Assembly (NCBI GenBank): GCA_037442825.1
Contig: JBBIPN010000007.1
Location: forward strand, 1 to 32,399
Direction of reading: 5' to 3'
From: Sulfurihydrogenibium sp.
Lineage (GTDB): Bacteria; Aquificota; Aquificia; Aquificales; Hydrogenothermaceae
Length of the DNA: 32,399 nucleotides
Shown: positions 9,113-19,350 of the stretch, in pieces
How positions within the stretch are numbered: position 1 is the stretch's first letter
How the letters are laid out: the number at the start of each line of letters is the position of its first letter
Translations under genes and position numbers: made by a program
The notes under the pieces: generated by a model
What the model was told of the DNA's origin: nothing
The model's database searches: none
Seen by the model: the letters and a program-made list of their open reading frames with translations, nothing else

Positions 9113-9556
9113 ATGAAGGTTATATTAGTTAAAGATGTTGAAGGTTGGGGAAGTTTAGGAGATACTATAGAAGTTAAAGATGGTTTTGCAAGAAACTATT
9201 TGATACCAAGAGGTTTAGCTTTACAATATACACAAGAAAATAAGAAGTTTATTGAAAATATATTAAACCAAAAAGCAAGAAAACTCGAAAGAGAAAAAGA
9301 AAAAGCTTTACAGTTAGCAAAACAGTTAGATGGTGTCGAAATAGAGATAAAAAGGCCTATTGGTGTTACTGGTAAGATGTATGGTTCTATAGGTACATCA
9401 GATATATCTGAAGCTTTAAAAGAAAAAGGTATAGATATAGAGAAGAGAAAAATAATGTTAAGAAGTCCTATTAGGAACCTTGGTAGTTATAATGTTCAAA
9501 TTAGATTGCACCCAGAAGTTTCAGCTACAATAAAAGTTCACGTTCAACCAGAATAA
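9113..9556 (+). CDS. rplI: 50S ribosomal protein L9
   Basis: MKVIL...VKDGFARNYLIPRGLA, GKMYGSI, LHPEV. Confidence 0.97.
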   Translation: MKVILVKDVEGWGSLGDTIEVKDGFARNYLIPRGLALQYTQENKKFIENILNQKARKLEREKEKALQLAKQLDGVEIEIKRPIGVTGKMYGSIGTSDISEALKEKGIDIEKRKIMLRSPIRNLGSYNVQIRLHPEVSATIKVHVQPE

Positions 9557-9568
9557 ATATTAAATTTT

Positions 9569-9596
9569 AGCAGGTAGGGTTTATCTTACCTGCTTT
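9569..9596 (+). terminator. Stem-loop after rplI; probable weak intrinsic terminator or processing hairpin
   Basis: AGCAGGTAGG(G)-TTTA-(T)CTTACCTGCT followed by only a short T tract. Confidence 0.6.
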
Positions 9597-9614
9597 AAAA
9601 ATGGTGTTGTAAAT

Positions 9615-11027
9615 ATGAAAGAAGATATTAATGATAGATCTCTTTTACCTCACGATGAAGAAGCTGAAAGGGCTGTCTTAGGAAGTTTAATAGTTCATAC
9701 AGAGTTCGTAGACTCTTTTTTATCTAAACTAAAACCTTACGATTTTTTTAATCAGAATAATAGAATTGTATACGAAGCTATCTTTGAAATTGCAAACAAT
9801 CGTGGACAATTAGATATTATTGTTATCAAAGACCTTTTATCTAAACAAAATAAATTAGATTTTATTGGTGGTTATAGTTATTTATTACAGTTGGCAGATG
9901 AAGCTGTACCGTTAGAAATAGCTTTTCAGCTTGTTTCTATTATTAAAGAAAAATCTACGCTAAGAGCTTTAATAGAAGCTTCTCAAAAGATAATCTCAAA
10001 AGCAAAAAAAGGTGATAGTGATATAAATACACTATTAGAGGAAGTAGAAAATATAATTTTTCAAATTACAGAAAATAAAGATAGTGTAGAGTACTATCAT
10101 TTATCTGAAGTTTTAAAAGATACATTAAGGATGATTAATGACCTTGCGAAAAAAGATACAGTTATCACTGGTATTCCTACAGGATTTTATGATTTAGATA
10201 GATTAACTACTGGATTTCATCCTGGGGATTTGGTTATTGTTGCGGCAAGACCAGGAATGGGTAAAACATCTTTTGCCCTTTCAATTGTTCACCATTTAGC
10301 TGTTGAAAATAATGAACCTGTAGCTTTTTTCTCTTTAGAGATGTCAAGACATCAGATAGTGATGAGATTGTTAGGTGAAGAATCAAAGATTCCATTGAAA
10401 AAGATAAGATCTGGTTTTTTAAACAATGAAGAGCTTACTAAATTAACAGAAGTTTCTATTAAAATGATTAAGGCTCCACTTTTTATAGATGATACAGCAT
10501 CTTTATCTATACTTGATTTAAAAGCAAAAGCTAGACGATTAAAAAAAGACCATAATATAAAACTGATTATAGTAGATTATCTACAATTGTTACATTCTCA
10601 TAGAAGGACAGAGAATAGACAGCAAGAGGTAGCTGAAATATCAAGAGGTTTAAAAGCTCTTGCAAAAGAACTTGAAATACCTGTTATAGCTTTAGCACAA
10701 CTATCAAGACAAGCAGAACTAAGGGCAGATAAAAGACCACAGCTTGCAGACTTAAGAGAGTCAGGTAGTATAGAACAAGATGCAGATTTAGTTCTATTTA
10801 TCCATAGACAAGAGTACTATAAGAAAAATCCATCCCCTCAAGAGGAAGGACTTGCAGAGATTATTATAGCAAAACAAAGAAATGGTCCGACAGGAACTGT
10901 CCATTTAGCATTTATTAAAGAGATAACAAAATTTGAAAATTTAGCCAAAACAAGTGATAATATTGATGAAGCTTTGGAAGAAGAAGAGTATTATGAAAAT
11001 GAATCTGAAGATGGAGTAGATTTTTAA
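9615..11027 (+). CDS. dnaB: Replicative DNA helicase
   Basis: AARPGMGKT Walker A, FSLEMS, DYLQL, LADLRESGSIEQDAD, AKQRNGPTG. Normal length, no intein. Confidence 0.97.
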   Translation: MKEDINDRSLLPHDEEAERAVLGSLIVHTEFVDSFLSKLKPYDFFNQNNRIVYEAIFEIANNRGQLDIIVIKDLLSKQNKLDFIGGYSYLLQLADEAVPLEIAFQLVSIIKEKSTLRALIEASQKIISKAKKGDSDINTLLEEVENIIFQITENKDSVEYYHLSEVLKDTLRMINDLAKKDTVITGIPTGFYDLDRLTTGFHPGDLVIVAARPGMGKTSFALSIVHHLAVENNEPVAFFSLEMSRHQIVMRLLGEESKIPLKKIRSGFLNNEELTKLTEVSIKMIKAPLFIDDTASLSILDLKAKARRLKKDHNIKLIIVDYLQLLHSHRRTENRQQEVAEISRGLKALAKELEIPVIALAQLSRQAELRADKRPQLADLRESGSIEQDADLVLFIHRQEYYKKNPSPQEEGLAEIIIAKQRNGPTGTVHLAFIKEITKFENLAKTSDNIDEALEEEEYYENESEDGVDF

Positions 11028-11771
11028 ATGGGCTGGTTGTTTAAATTAATAGAAAATACAGGGGAGATAACGCTATTTTTTATTAGGACGTTGATATCTT
11101 TTAAAAAACCTCCCAAGATAAAGCATATATTAAAGTATATGGAAGAGATAGGTGTAAACGCTGCACCTTTAATTATATTAACAGGATTTTTTACTGGTGG
11201 TGTTTTAGTTGTAGAAACATATCCTACCTTCCATAAGTTTAATGCAGAATTTTTGATGGGTGCACTAGTATCTCTATCTTTAGCGAGAGAGTTGTCACCT
11301 GTGCTTGTAGCTTTGTTAGTAATTGCTCGATCTGGTTCTGCTTTTGCTGCTAATATAGGAACTATGAGAATAACAGAACAGATAGATGCTCTTGAAGTTA
11401 TGGCTGTTGATCCACTCCGTTATTTAGTTACTCCAAGACTTATTGCAGCAATTTTGATGGTCCCAGCATTAACTGTTTTTTCTTATGTTAGTGGTGTTAT
11501 AGGTGGTTATTTTACTTCCGTTTATGTGTATGGTATTAACGAGTACATGTACTGGGAAAAACTTAAAGATTTTACGGAACTTAAAGATATATTTGGCGGT
11601 CTTTACAAATCTGCTGTTTTTGGAGCAATTTTAACAATTATTACTTCTTATTTTGGTTATATAACAAAAGGTGGTGCAGAAGGTGTTGGAAGGTCAACTA
11701 CTATAGCTGTGGTAGTAGCATCAGTACTTATTTTAATTCTTGACTACTTCCTAACAGCATTGATTTACTAA
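11028..11771 (+). CDS. mlaE: MlaE-family lipid ABC transporter permease
   Basis: RELSPVL, IGTMRITEQIDALEVMAVDP, GGAEGVGRSTT. Confidence 0.93.
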   Translation: MGWLFKLIENTGEITLFFIRTLISFKKPPKIKHILKYMEEIGVNAAPLIILTGFFTGGVLVVETYPTFHKFNAEFLMGALVSLSLARELSPVLVALLVIARSGSAFAANIGTMRITEQIDALEVMAVDPLRYLVTPRLIAAILMVPALTVFSYVSGVIGGYFTSVYVYGINEYMYWEKLKDFTELKDIFGGLYKSAVFGAILTIITSYFGYITKGGAEGVGRSTTIAVVVASVLILILDYFLTALIY

Positions 11772-12838
11772 TGAAAGTTTTAGATAGTTATGTATATAAG
11801 AAATTATTAGTTTATCTTTTTATAGTTTTTCCCTCATTCTCTCTTTTATCTATCCTTGTTGAGTTTATAGATATTTTAAGAAAAGCTAAAAATATAGAGA
11901 TTTCATCTATTTTAATATATATCTTAGCAAAACTGCCAGAAAATGCTTATTACATTATACCTATTTCATTACTTATAGCTATTTTCATACTTGTAAATGA
12001 TTTGGTTAAAAGCAGAGAAATATACCCTATTATATTAAATGGTTTATCTATATTTTACATTAATAAAAAAATAGTATTATTTTCTCTTGTTGTTATAGTA
12101 GTTCAAATTATAAATTTAGAGTTTGTTATACCAAAAACAAATAAGATATATCAAAGTGTGTATCAGAAATTAAAAAATCATAAAGAAGAAGATTTTAAAG
12201 GTATAGCTTATAATATGTGGTTAAAACTCGATAAAAATCGTTTTCTTTATTTTGATTTCTTAAATTTAGATAAAAAAGAAGGTAATAATATTATCTATGT
12301 GGTTTTTGATGATGAATTTAATCCGGTTGAAAGGATGGAAGCTTCAAAGTTTAAGATTTTATCAAATGAAATAGAAGTATACCAAGCTAAGTTTGTAGTG
12401 TTTAATGTATTAGATAGTATAAAGTTAAACCAATTTGATAGAAAAGTTGTACCTATATTTATTGATACAGAAAATATAAAACGATTGATAAAAGAGAGAA
12501 AACCTGTATCTATATCTCAACTTTACAAGGTTGCAAAAGTTTCTCAAAAATATGGGTATGAATCTTCCTATTTTTGGAGTAGATTCTATCAGAAAGTTGC
12601 AACTGTGGTTGCTCCCTTTGTACTTACTGTTTTTATAATTGGTTTTATCTGGAGTATGAATAAGATATATATTGGAATATCTTTTATATTAACTATTATT
12701 TATTGGTATGGAACTTCATTTATATCTTCAGTTGCTGAAGTAGGTAATATTCCTTACTACTTCATTTTTACTTTTGATGTTTTGTTTACTCTTATTGGGA
12801 TTTATAAAATGTTAAAAACAGAAATTAATTTAAGTTAG
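11771..12838 (+). CDS. LptF/LptG-family LPS export permease
   Basis: Three TM helices, a periplasmic beta-rich domain, then three TM helices; motifs LDSYVYK, IIPISLLIA and SREI...NGLS. Confidence 0.82.
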   Translation: MKVLDSYVYKKLLVYLFIVFPSFSLLSILVEFIDILRKAKNIEISSILIYILAKLPENAYYIIPISLLIAIFILVNDLVKSREIYPIILNGLSIFYINKKIVLFSLVVIVVQIINLEFVIPKTNKIYQSVYQKLKNHKEEDFKGIAYNMWLKLDKNRFLYFDFLNLDKKEGNNIIYVVFDDEFNPVERMEASKFKILSNEIEVYQAKFVVFNVLDSIKLNQFDRKVVPIFIDTENIKRLIKERKPVSISQLYKVAKVSQKYGYESSYFWSRFYQKVATVVAPFVLTVFIIGFIWSMNKIYIGISFILTIIYWYGTSFISSVAEVGNIPYYFIFTFDVLFTLIGIYKMLKTEINLS

Positions 12839-13914
12839 CCTGTTGCTTTTGGATAAGAACCTAATACTTTAAAGAAAGGTACATTGTTTTTAAACTCTTC
12901 TAATGTTTCTCTTATATTATCATATTCTACATGACCTTCTATGTCTGTAAAGAATATATAATCCCAAGCTTCCTTTTTCGAAGGTCTTGATTCAATTTTA
13001 GTCATATTTATTCTATTTCTATAAAGTGGTTCTAATGCTTTGTATAACGCTCCTACTTCATTTTTAACAGAAAAGATAAATGTTGTTTTATCATTTTTTG
13101 TTGGTTGTGGTATTTGGTTCCCTATTATTAAAAACCTTGTGTAGTTATGTAGATGTTTGTCTATTTTTCTTTCTAATATGTGAAGCCCATATATTTCTGC
13201 TGCAGATTCACTTGCAATTGCTGCAGATTCAAAGTCATCTTTTGCTATTTCTGCTGCTTTTGCTGTGCTTTCTACTTCAATAAGTTGAACATGGGGCATA
13301 TTTTTAAGAATCCATTCTCTACATTCAGCAATGGCAAATTTATGACTGTATATTTTTTCTATCTCATTTATATTTGGATTTATACTCATTAAGTGTAGTG
13401 ATATCTCAAGGATAACTTCCCCAATTATTTTTAAATCATACTCTAAAAACATATCAAGAGTGTAGTTAACTACACCTTCAATTGTATTTTCAACAGGAAC
13501 TACACCAAAATGTGCTTTTTTCTTTAAAATTTCTTCAAAAACATCTTTTATTGTTGAAACAGGTATATGTTCAACAGCATGTCCAAAATATTTTAAGCTT
13601 GCTTGATGTGTAAATGTTGCCTTTGGTCCAAGGTATACAACTTTTATATTTTCTTCTATACTTCTACATGCAGATATTATCTCTCTAAAGATATGTTTAA
13701 TTACATCGTTTGATAAAGGTCCATTATTTAACTTTTCTAATCTATTAAAGATCTCTTTTTCTCTACTTGGGACATATATAGGTAGATTGTTTTTTTTCTT
13801 TATCTCTCCAACTTCCTTTGCAAGTAATGCTCTTTTATTTAATAAATTTAGTATCGTTAAATCTATATTATCTATTTCATCCCTTAGTTTCTTAAGTTCT
13901 TCTTTATATTCCAT
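12835..13914 (-). CDS. pheA: Chorismate mutase/prephenate dehydratase (P-protein)
   Basis: N-terminal CM domain (LRDEIDNID), VPVENTIEG, NYTRF, and ACT domain (NMTKIESRPS). Confidence 0.96.
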   Translation of the reverse strand: MEYKEELKKLRDEIDNIDLTILNLLNKRALLAKEVGEIKKKNNLPIYVPSREKEIFNRLEKLNNGPLSNDVIKHIFREIISACRSIEENIKVVYLGPKATFTHQASLKYFGHAVEHIPVSTIKDVFEEILKKKAHFGVVPVENTIEGVVNYTLDMFLEYDLKIIGEVILEISLHLMSINPNINEIEKIYSHKFAIAECREWILKNMPHVQLIEVESTAKAAEIAKDDFESAAIASESAAEIYGLHILERKIDKHLHNYTRFLIIGNQIPQPTKNDKTTFIFSVKNEVGALYKALEPLYRNRINMTKIESRPSKKEAWDYIFFTDIEGHVEYDNIRETLEEFKNNVPFFKVLGSYPKATG

Positions 13915-13916
13915 GT

Positions 13917-14690
13917 TTATTCCTTGTGGTTAACTATTTTAAATAATGCATCGTATATATTTTTACTTCCTGCTACTATATTTCCAGATGATAGATCTTT
14001 TTCTCCATTAAAGTCAGAATATACTCCACCGGCTTCTTCAATAAGTAACACACCTGCTACTATATCCCATAATGATAGTTTCATCTCAAAAAATCCATCA
14101 AAAACACCTTCAGCAACCATTGCAAGGTCTATAGCAGCTGCACCTGGTCTTCTAACACCTGAAAAAGTAATCATCGCTTCCTTTAACATTTTAAGGTAAT
14201 CATCTAGTTCATCTGTGTATCTAAAAGGAAAACCAGTAGCTACTACAGATTGTTCAATAGGTCTGTTTGATACTTTAATCTTATCACCATTTAAGTAAGC
14301 ACCATAATCTTTAGCAGCCCAGTAGAGTTTATCTAGCATAGGTATGTATATACTACCTACTATAGGCATTTTTTTATCCATCAGTGCAACAGAAACAGCA
14401 AAAATTTCAAAACCGCAAATATAATTTTTGGTTCCATCAAGAGGATCTACTACCCAAACTAAATCGCTATATCCAAATTTTCCATCTTCTTCTCCTAAAA
14501 AAGCGTGATCTGGAAAATTTTTTAAGATATAACTTCTTATCCTTTCTTCAGACATTCTATCAACGTATGTAACAAAATCTTTTATACCTTTTGTTTCTAT
14601 GTCAGATTTTTTTAACTTTTTAAAGTTTTCTTTTAGGACGTTACCACCTATAATGGCTGCTTCTTTTGCAACTTGTATATACTTTTCCAT
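13917..14690 (-). CDS. suhB: Inositol monophosphatase family protein (SuhB / possible IMPase-FBPase)
   Basis: DFVTYVD, GEE, WVVDPLDGTKNY, WDIVAGVLLIEEAGG. Confidence 0.88.
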   Translation of the reverse strand: MEKYIQVAKEAAIIGGNVLKENFKKLKKSDIETKGIKDFVTYVDRMSEERIRSYILKNFPDHAFLGEEDGKFGYSDLVWVVDPLDGTKNYICGFEIFAVSVALMDKKMPIVGSIYIPMLDKLYWAAKDYGAYLNGDKIKVSNRPIEQSVVATGFPFRYTDELDDYLKMLKEAMITFSGVRRPGAAAIDLAMVAEGVFDGFFEMKLSLWDIVAGVLLIEEAGGVYSDFNGEKDLSSGNIVAGSKNIYDALFKIVNHKE

Positions 14691-14692
14691 AT

Positions 14693-15889
14693 TTAAACTC
14701 TTTTTGTAATAGCTTCAAGACATGGAAGTTGTTTTCCTTCCAATAACTCCAAAAATGCTCCACCACCTGTAGATAGATAGCTTATTTTATCTACAACACC
14801 TGCTTTATGTATTGCATAATCAGTATCTCCACCACCTGCTATTGATAATGCTGGAGATTGGGCAATAGTATGGGCAAGTTCAAATGTACCCATTTTAAAT
14901 TTATCTATCTCAAATACTCCCATTGGACCGTTCCATACAATTGTTTGGGCATCTTTTATAATCTCTTTAATTAGCATTACAGAAGCATGTCCTATATCTA
15001 ATCCTAACCATCCTGATGGTATCTCTTGCCATGCTACTTCTATAGCAGGTGTTTGCTCTGATACTGCTTGTCCACAGACAAAATCAACAGGTAGGTAAAA
15101 TTTAACGTTCTTTTTCTTTGCCTTTTCTATTATTTCTAAAGATTTGTTTAGCATATCGTCTTCGACAAGAGATGAACCTATGTTGTAACCAAGAGCTTTT
15201 ATAAATGTAAATGCCATTGCACCGCCAATAAATATCTTATCAACTTTATCAAGTAAAAACTCTATTACACCTAACTTTGATGAAACTTTTGAACCACCTA
15301 AGAATGCTATAACAGGTCTTTGAGGATTTAATAGAGCTTTCCTAAAATACTCTAACTCTCTCTCTAATAAAAATCCCATTACAACAGGTTGAATGTAATC
15401 TTTGATTCCATACATAGAAGCATGTTTCCTATGACATGTACCAAAAGCATCTATAACGTATATTTCTGTAAGTTTTGCTAAACTTTTTGCAAATTCTGGA
15501 TCATTTTTTTCTTCCTCTTCATGAAACCTAAGATTTTCAAGTAAAACAATATCTCCTTCTTTCATAGACATTACGGTTTTTTCTACATTTTCACCTACAC
15601 AATCAGGTAAGAATTTAACTTCTTTTTGTAATAATCTTTCTAATCGTTGTGCTACTGGATAGAGGGAATATTTTGGATTCGGTTTTCCTTTTGGTCTTCC
15701 TAAATGGGATGCTAAAATGATCTTTCCATTTTTATCAAGTAAATAGTTTATTGTAGGTATCGTTTCTCTGATTCTTACATCATCTTCTATATTTCCGTGT
15801 TCATCTAAAGGTACATTATAATCTACTCTAACAAAGACTCTTTTTCCTTTTACATCAACGTCTTTAAGTGTTAGGTAGTTATCAAACAT
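14693..15889 (-). CDS. pgk: Phosphoglycerate kinase
   Basis: RVDYNVP, SHLGRPKG, LENLRF, WNGPMGVFE, STGGGAFLELLEG. Start moved from 15904 to the ATG at 15889, which follows AAGGAGGAG. Confidence 0.96.
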   Translation of the reverse strand: MFDNYLTLKDVDVKGKRVFVRVDYNVPLDEHGNIEDDVRIRETIPTINYLLDKNGKIILASHLGRPKGKPNPKYSLYPVAQRLERLLQKEVKFLPDCVGENVEKTVMSMKEGDIVLLENLRFHEEEEKNDPEFAKSLAKLTEIYVIDAFGTCHRKHASMYGIKDYIQPVVMGFLLERELEYFRKALLNPQRPVIAFLGGSKVSSKLGVIEFLLDKVDKIFIGGAMAFTFIKALGYNIGSSLVEDDMLNKSLEIIEKAKKKNVKFYLPVDFVCGQAVSEQTPAIEVAWQEIPSGWLGLDIGHASVMLIKEIIKDAQTIVWNGPMGVFEIDKFKMGTFELAHTIAQSPALSIAGGGDTDYAIHKAGVVDKISYLSTGGGAFLELLEGKQLPCLEAITKRV

Positions 15890-15904
15890 AAACTCCTCCT
15901 TCAT

Positions 15905-16252
15905 TTATAATTCTTCTTCACTATCTCCATCTATACTATCAAATAAAGTAAATCCGTCTATATCTAACCCTTTAATTTTTAATGCAGTTTCTCTTAAAAG
16001 TTCTAAATATGATGCTATTTCTCTAAATGAATCAAGCATAGCAGAAAGTTTTAGTACCTCTTCTGGTGTTAATTTCTTTTCGTATATTTTTATAGCTTTT
16101 TTTATTGCAGCTTTGGTAACTACAATTTCTCCTGCTTTTTTTTGCCATTCACTCCAAAATTCGTTAGTTCCAAGGGGGCTTTTTATTATGAACCTATCTA
16201 AATTTGTTATTTCTTGTGCTAAAAGCATCTCAAAGTCTGTGAATTTTTCCAT
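15905..16252 (-). CDS. Hypothetical helical protein with acidic tail
   Basis: 115-aa ORF with a GAGG RBS that fills the gap between guaB and pgk in the same orientation; no family recognised. Confidence 0.8.
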   Translation of the reverse strand: MEKFTDFEMLLAQEITNLDRFIIKSPLGTNEFWSEWQKKAGEIVVTKAAIKKAIKIYEKKLTPEEVLKLSAMLDSFREIASYLELLRETALKIKGLDIDGFTLFDSIDGDSEEEL

Positions 16253-16270
16253 GTTTACTACCTCATAAAT

Positions 16271-17749
<1,479 letters not shown>

Positions 17750-17770
17750 CTAAGGATAATTTAAATTTAT

Positions 17771-17795
17771 ATTTTACCATATTTTGTGGTAAAAT
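17771..17795. promoter_or_regulatory. 9-7-9 inverted repeat forming divergent extended -10 elements (guaB / thrC-like)
   Basis: ATTTTACCA-TATTTTG-TGGTAAAAT; each arm reads TGnTAAAAT on its own strand. Confidence 0.6.
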
Positions 17796-17827
17796 TGATA
17801 TTATTTATTCTTTGGGAGGATTAATAA

Positions 17828-19057
17828 TTGGCGAAAGTAAAAGCTTTGAAATGTAAAGAATGTGGAGCTGAATATCCTGTAGAACCTATCCATGTTTGTG
17901 AATTTTGTTTTGGACCATTGGAGATTGTTTATGATTATGAAGAGATAAAAAAGAATATATCAAAAGATAAAATAGAGAAAGGTCCCAAAAGCCTTTGGAG
18001 GTATATAGACCTTCTTCCAGTTGAAAATCCTACAGTTGGTTTATCTGCTGGTTTTACACCACTTGTAAAAGCTGAAAATTTAGGAAAACTACTTGGATTA
18101 AACAATTTATATATAAAAGATGACTCAGTAAACCATCTAACATTATCCTTTAAAGATAGGGTAGTAGCTGTTGCTCTTTCGAAAGCAAAAGAGTTTGGTT
18201 TTGATACAGCAGCATGTGCATCTACTGGTAATCTTGCAAATTCTGTTTCTGCACATGCAGCAGCTGCTGGTATGAAATGTTATGTTTTTATACCTGCAAA
18301 TCTTGAGACAAACAAAATTATTGGTAGCTTAGTTTTTAATCCAGTTGTTGTAGCTGTTGATGGTAATTATGATGATGTAAATAGATTGTCTTCTGAAATT
18401 GCAAATGAATTTGGTTGGGCTTTTGTAAATATAAACGTTAGACCATTTTATTCAGAAGGTTCTAAAACACTTGCTTTTGAAGTTGCAGAACAACTTGGAT
18501 GGAAAACACCAGATGTTGTAGTTACACCTCTTGCTTCTGGTTCTCTTTACACTAAGATATGGAAAGGATTTAATGAACTTATAGAAGTTGGATTAGTGGA
18601 TGGAAAATTACCAAGGATGCTTGGAGCTCAAGCTGAAGGCTGCAGTCCAATATATCAAGCTTTAAAGGAAGGAAGAGATTTTATAAAACCTGTAAAACCA
18701 AATACAATAGCTAAGTCTATAGCTATAGGTAACCCTGCTGATGGTCCTTATGCAATAAAAGTTGCAAAAGAAAGCAAAGGAGATATACAGATAGCAACAG
18801 ATGAAGAAGTAATAGAAGGTATTAAGCTTCTTGCAAAAACAGAAGGCATATTTACAGAAACAGCTGGTGGTACAACTATAGCTGTACTTAAAAAGTATGT
18901 AGAGATGGGAATGATAGATAAAGATGAAGTAGTTGTTGCATATATTACTGGAAATGGCTATAAAACTATGGAGGTTTTAGAAGGAAAGTTGGAAAAACCA
19001 ATTCATATAAAACCATCTTTAGCTGAATTTAAAGAAAAAGTTATTAAAAAATCATAA
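17828..19057 (+). CDS. Threonine synthase-like PLP enzyme (fold type II), sulfur-carrier-associated clade
   Basis: N-terminal CKEC...CEFC Zn ribbon, PLP lysine motif TLSFKDR, ASTGNLA, EGSKTLAFE, ITGNGYK; followed by a ubiquitin-like sulfur carrier. Confidence 0.9.
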   Translation: MAKVKALKCKECGAEYPVEPIHVCEFCFGPLEIVYDYEEIKKNISKDKIEKGPKSLWRYIDLLPVENPTVGLSAGFTPLVKAENLGKLLGLNNLYIKDDSVNHLTLSFKDRVVAVALSKAKEFGFDTAACASTGNLANSVSAHAAAAGMKCYVFIPANLETNKIIGSLVFNPVVVAVDGNYDDVNRLSSEIANEFGWAFVNINVRPFYSEGSKTLAFEVAEQLGWKTPDVVVTPLASGSLYTKIWKGFNELIEVGLVDGKLPRMLGAQAEGCSPIYQALKEGRDFIKPVKPNTIAKSIAIGNPADGPYAIKVAKESKGDIQIATDEEVIEGIKLLAKTEGIFTETAGGTTIAVLKKYVEMGMIDKDEVVVAYITGNGYKTMEVLEGKLEKPIHIKPSLAEFKEKVIKKS

Positions 19058-19070
19058 GGAGGTTAAATAA

Positions 19071-19349
19071 ATGGCAGTTACTGTAAGAATACCAACAGCT
19101 TTAAGAAGAATAACACAAGGACAAGGAGAAGTCCAGATTGCAGGATCTAATATAGCTGAACTTATTGAGAATTTAGAAAAAGAGTTCCCTGGTATAAAAG
19201 AAAGACTTGTAGATGAAAATGGAGAAATAAGAAGATTTGTAAATTTCTTTATAAATGATGAAGACATTAGATTTTTAAATGGCAAGGATACACAACTAAA
19301 AGATGGAGATGTAGTTGCTATTATACCGGCAATAGCTGGAGGATTCTAA
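19071..19349 (+). CDS. MoaD/ThiS/CysO-family ubiquitin-like sulfur carrier protein
   Basis: VRIPTALR, RRFVNFFINDEDIRFL, C-terminal IIPAIAGG-F. Confidence 0.92.
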   Translation: MAVTVRIPTALRRITQGQGEVQIAGSNIAELIENLEKEFPGIKERLVDENGEIRRFVNFFINDEDIRFLNGKDTQLKDGDVVAIIPAIAGGF

Positions 19350-19350
19350 A

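Noticed and set aside
9615..11027. Intein in DnaB
   Set aside because: 470-aa length and contiguous helicase motifs leave no insertion.
15890..15904. pgk start at 15904 (MKEEF extension)
   Set aside because: These codons contain the AAGGAGG RBS; the ATG at 15889 is the better start.
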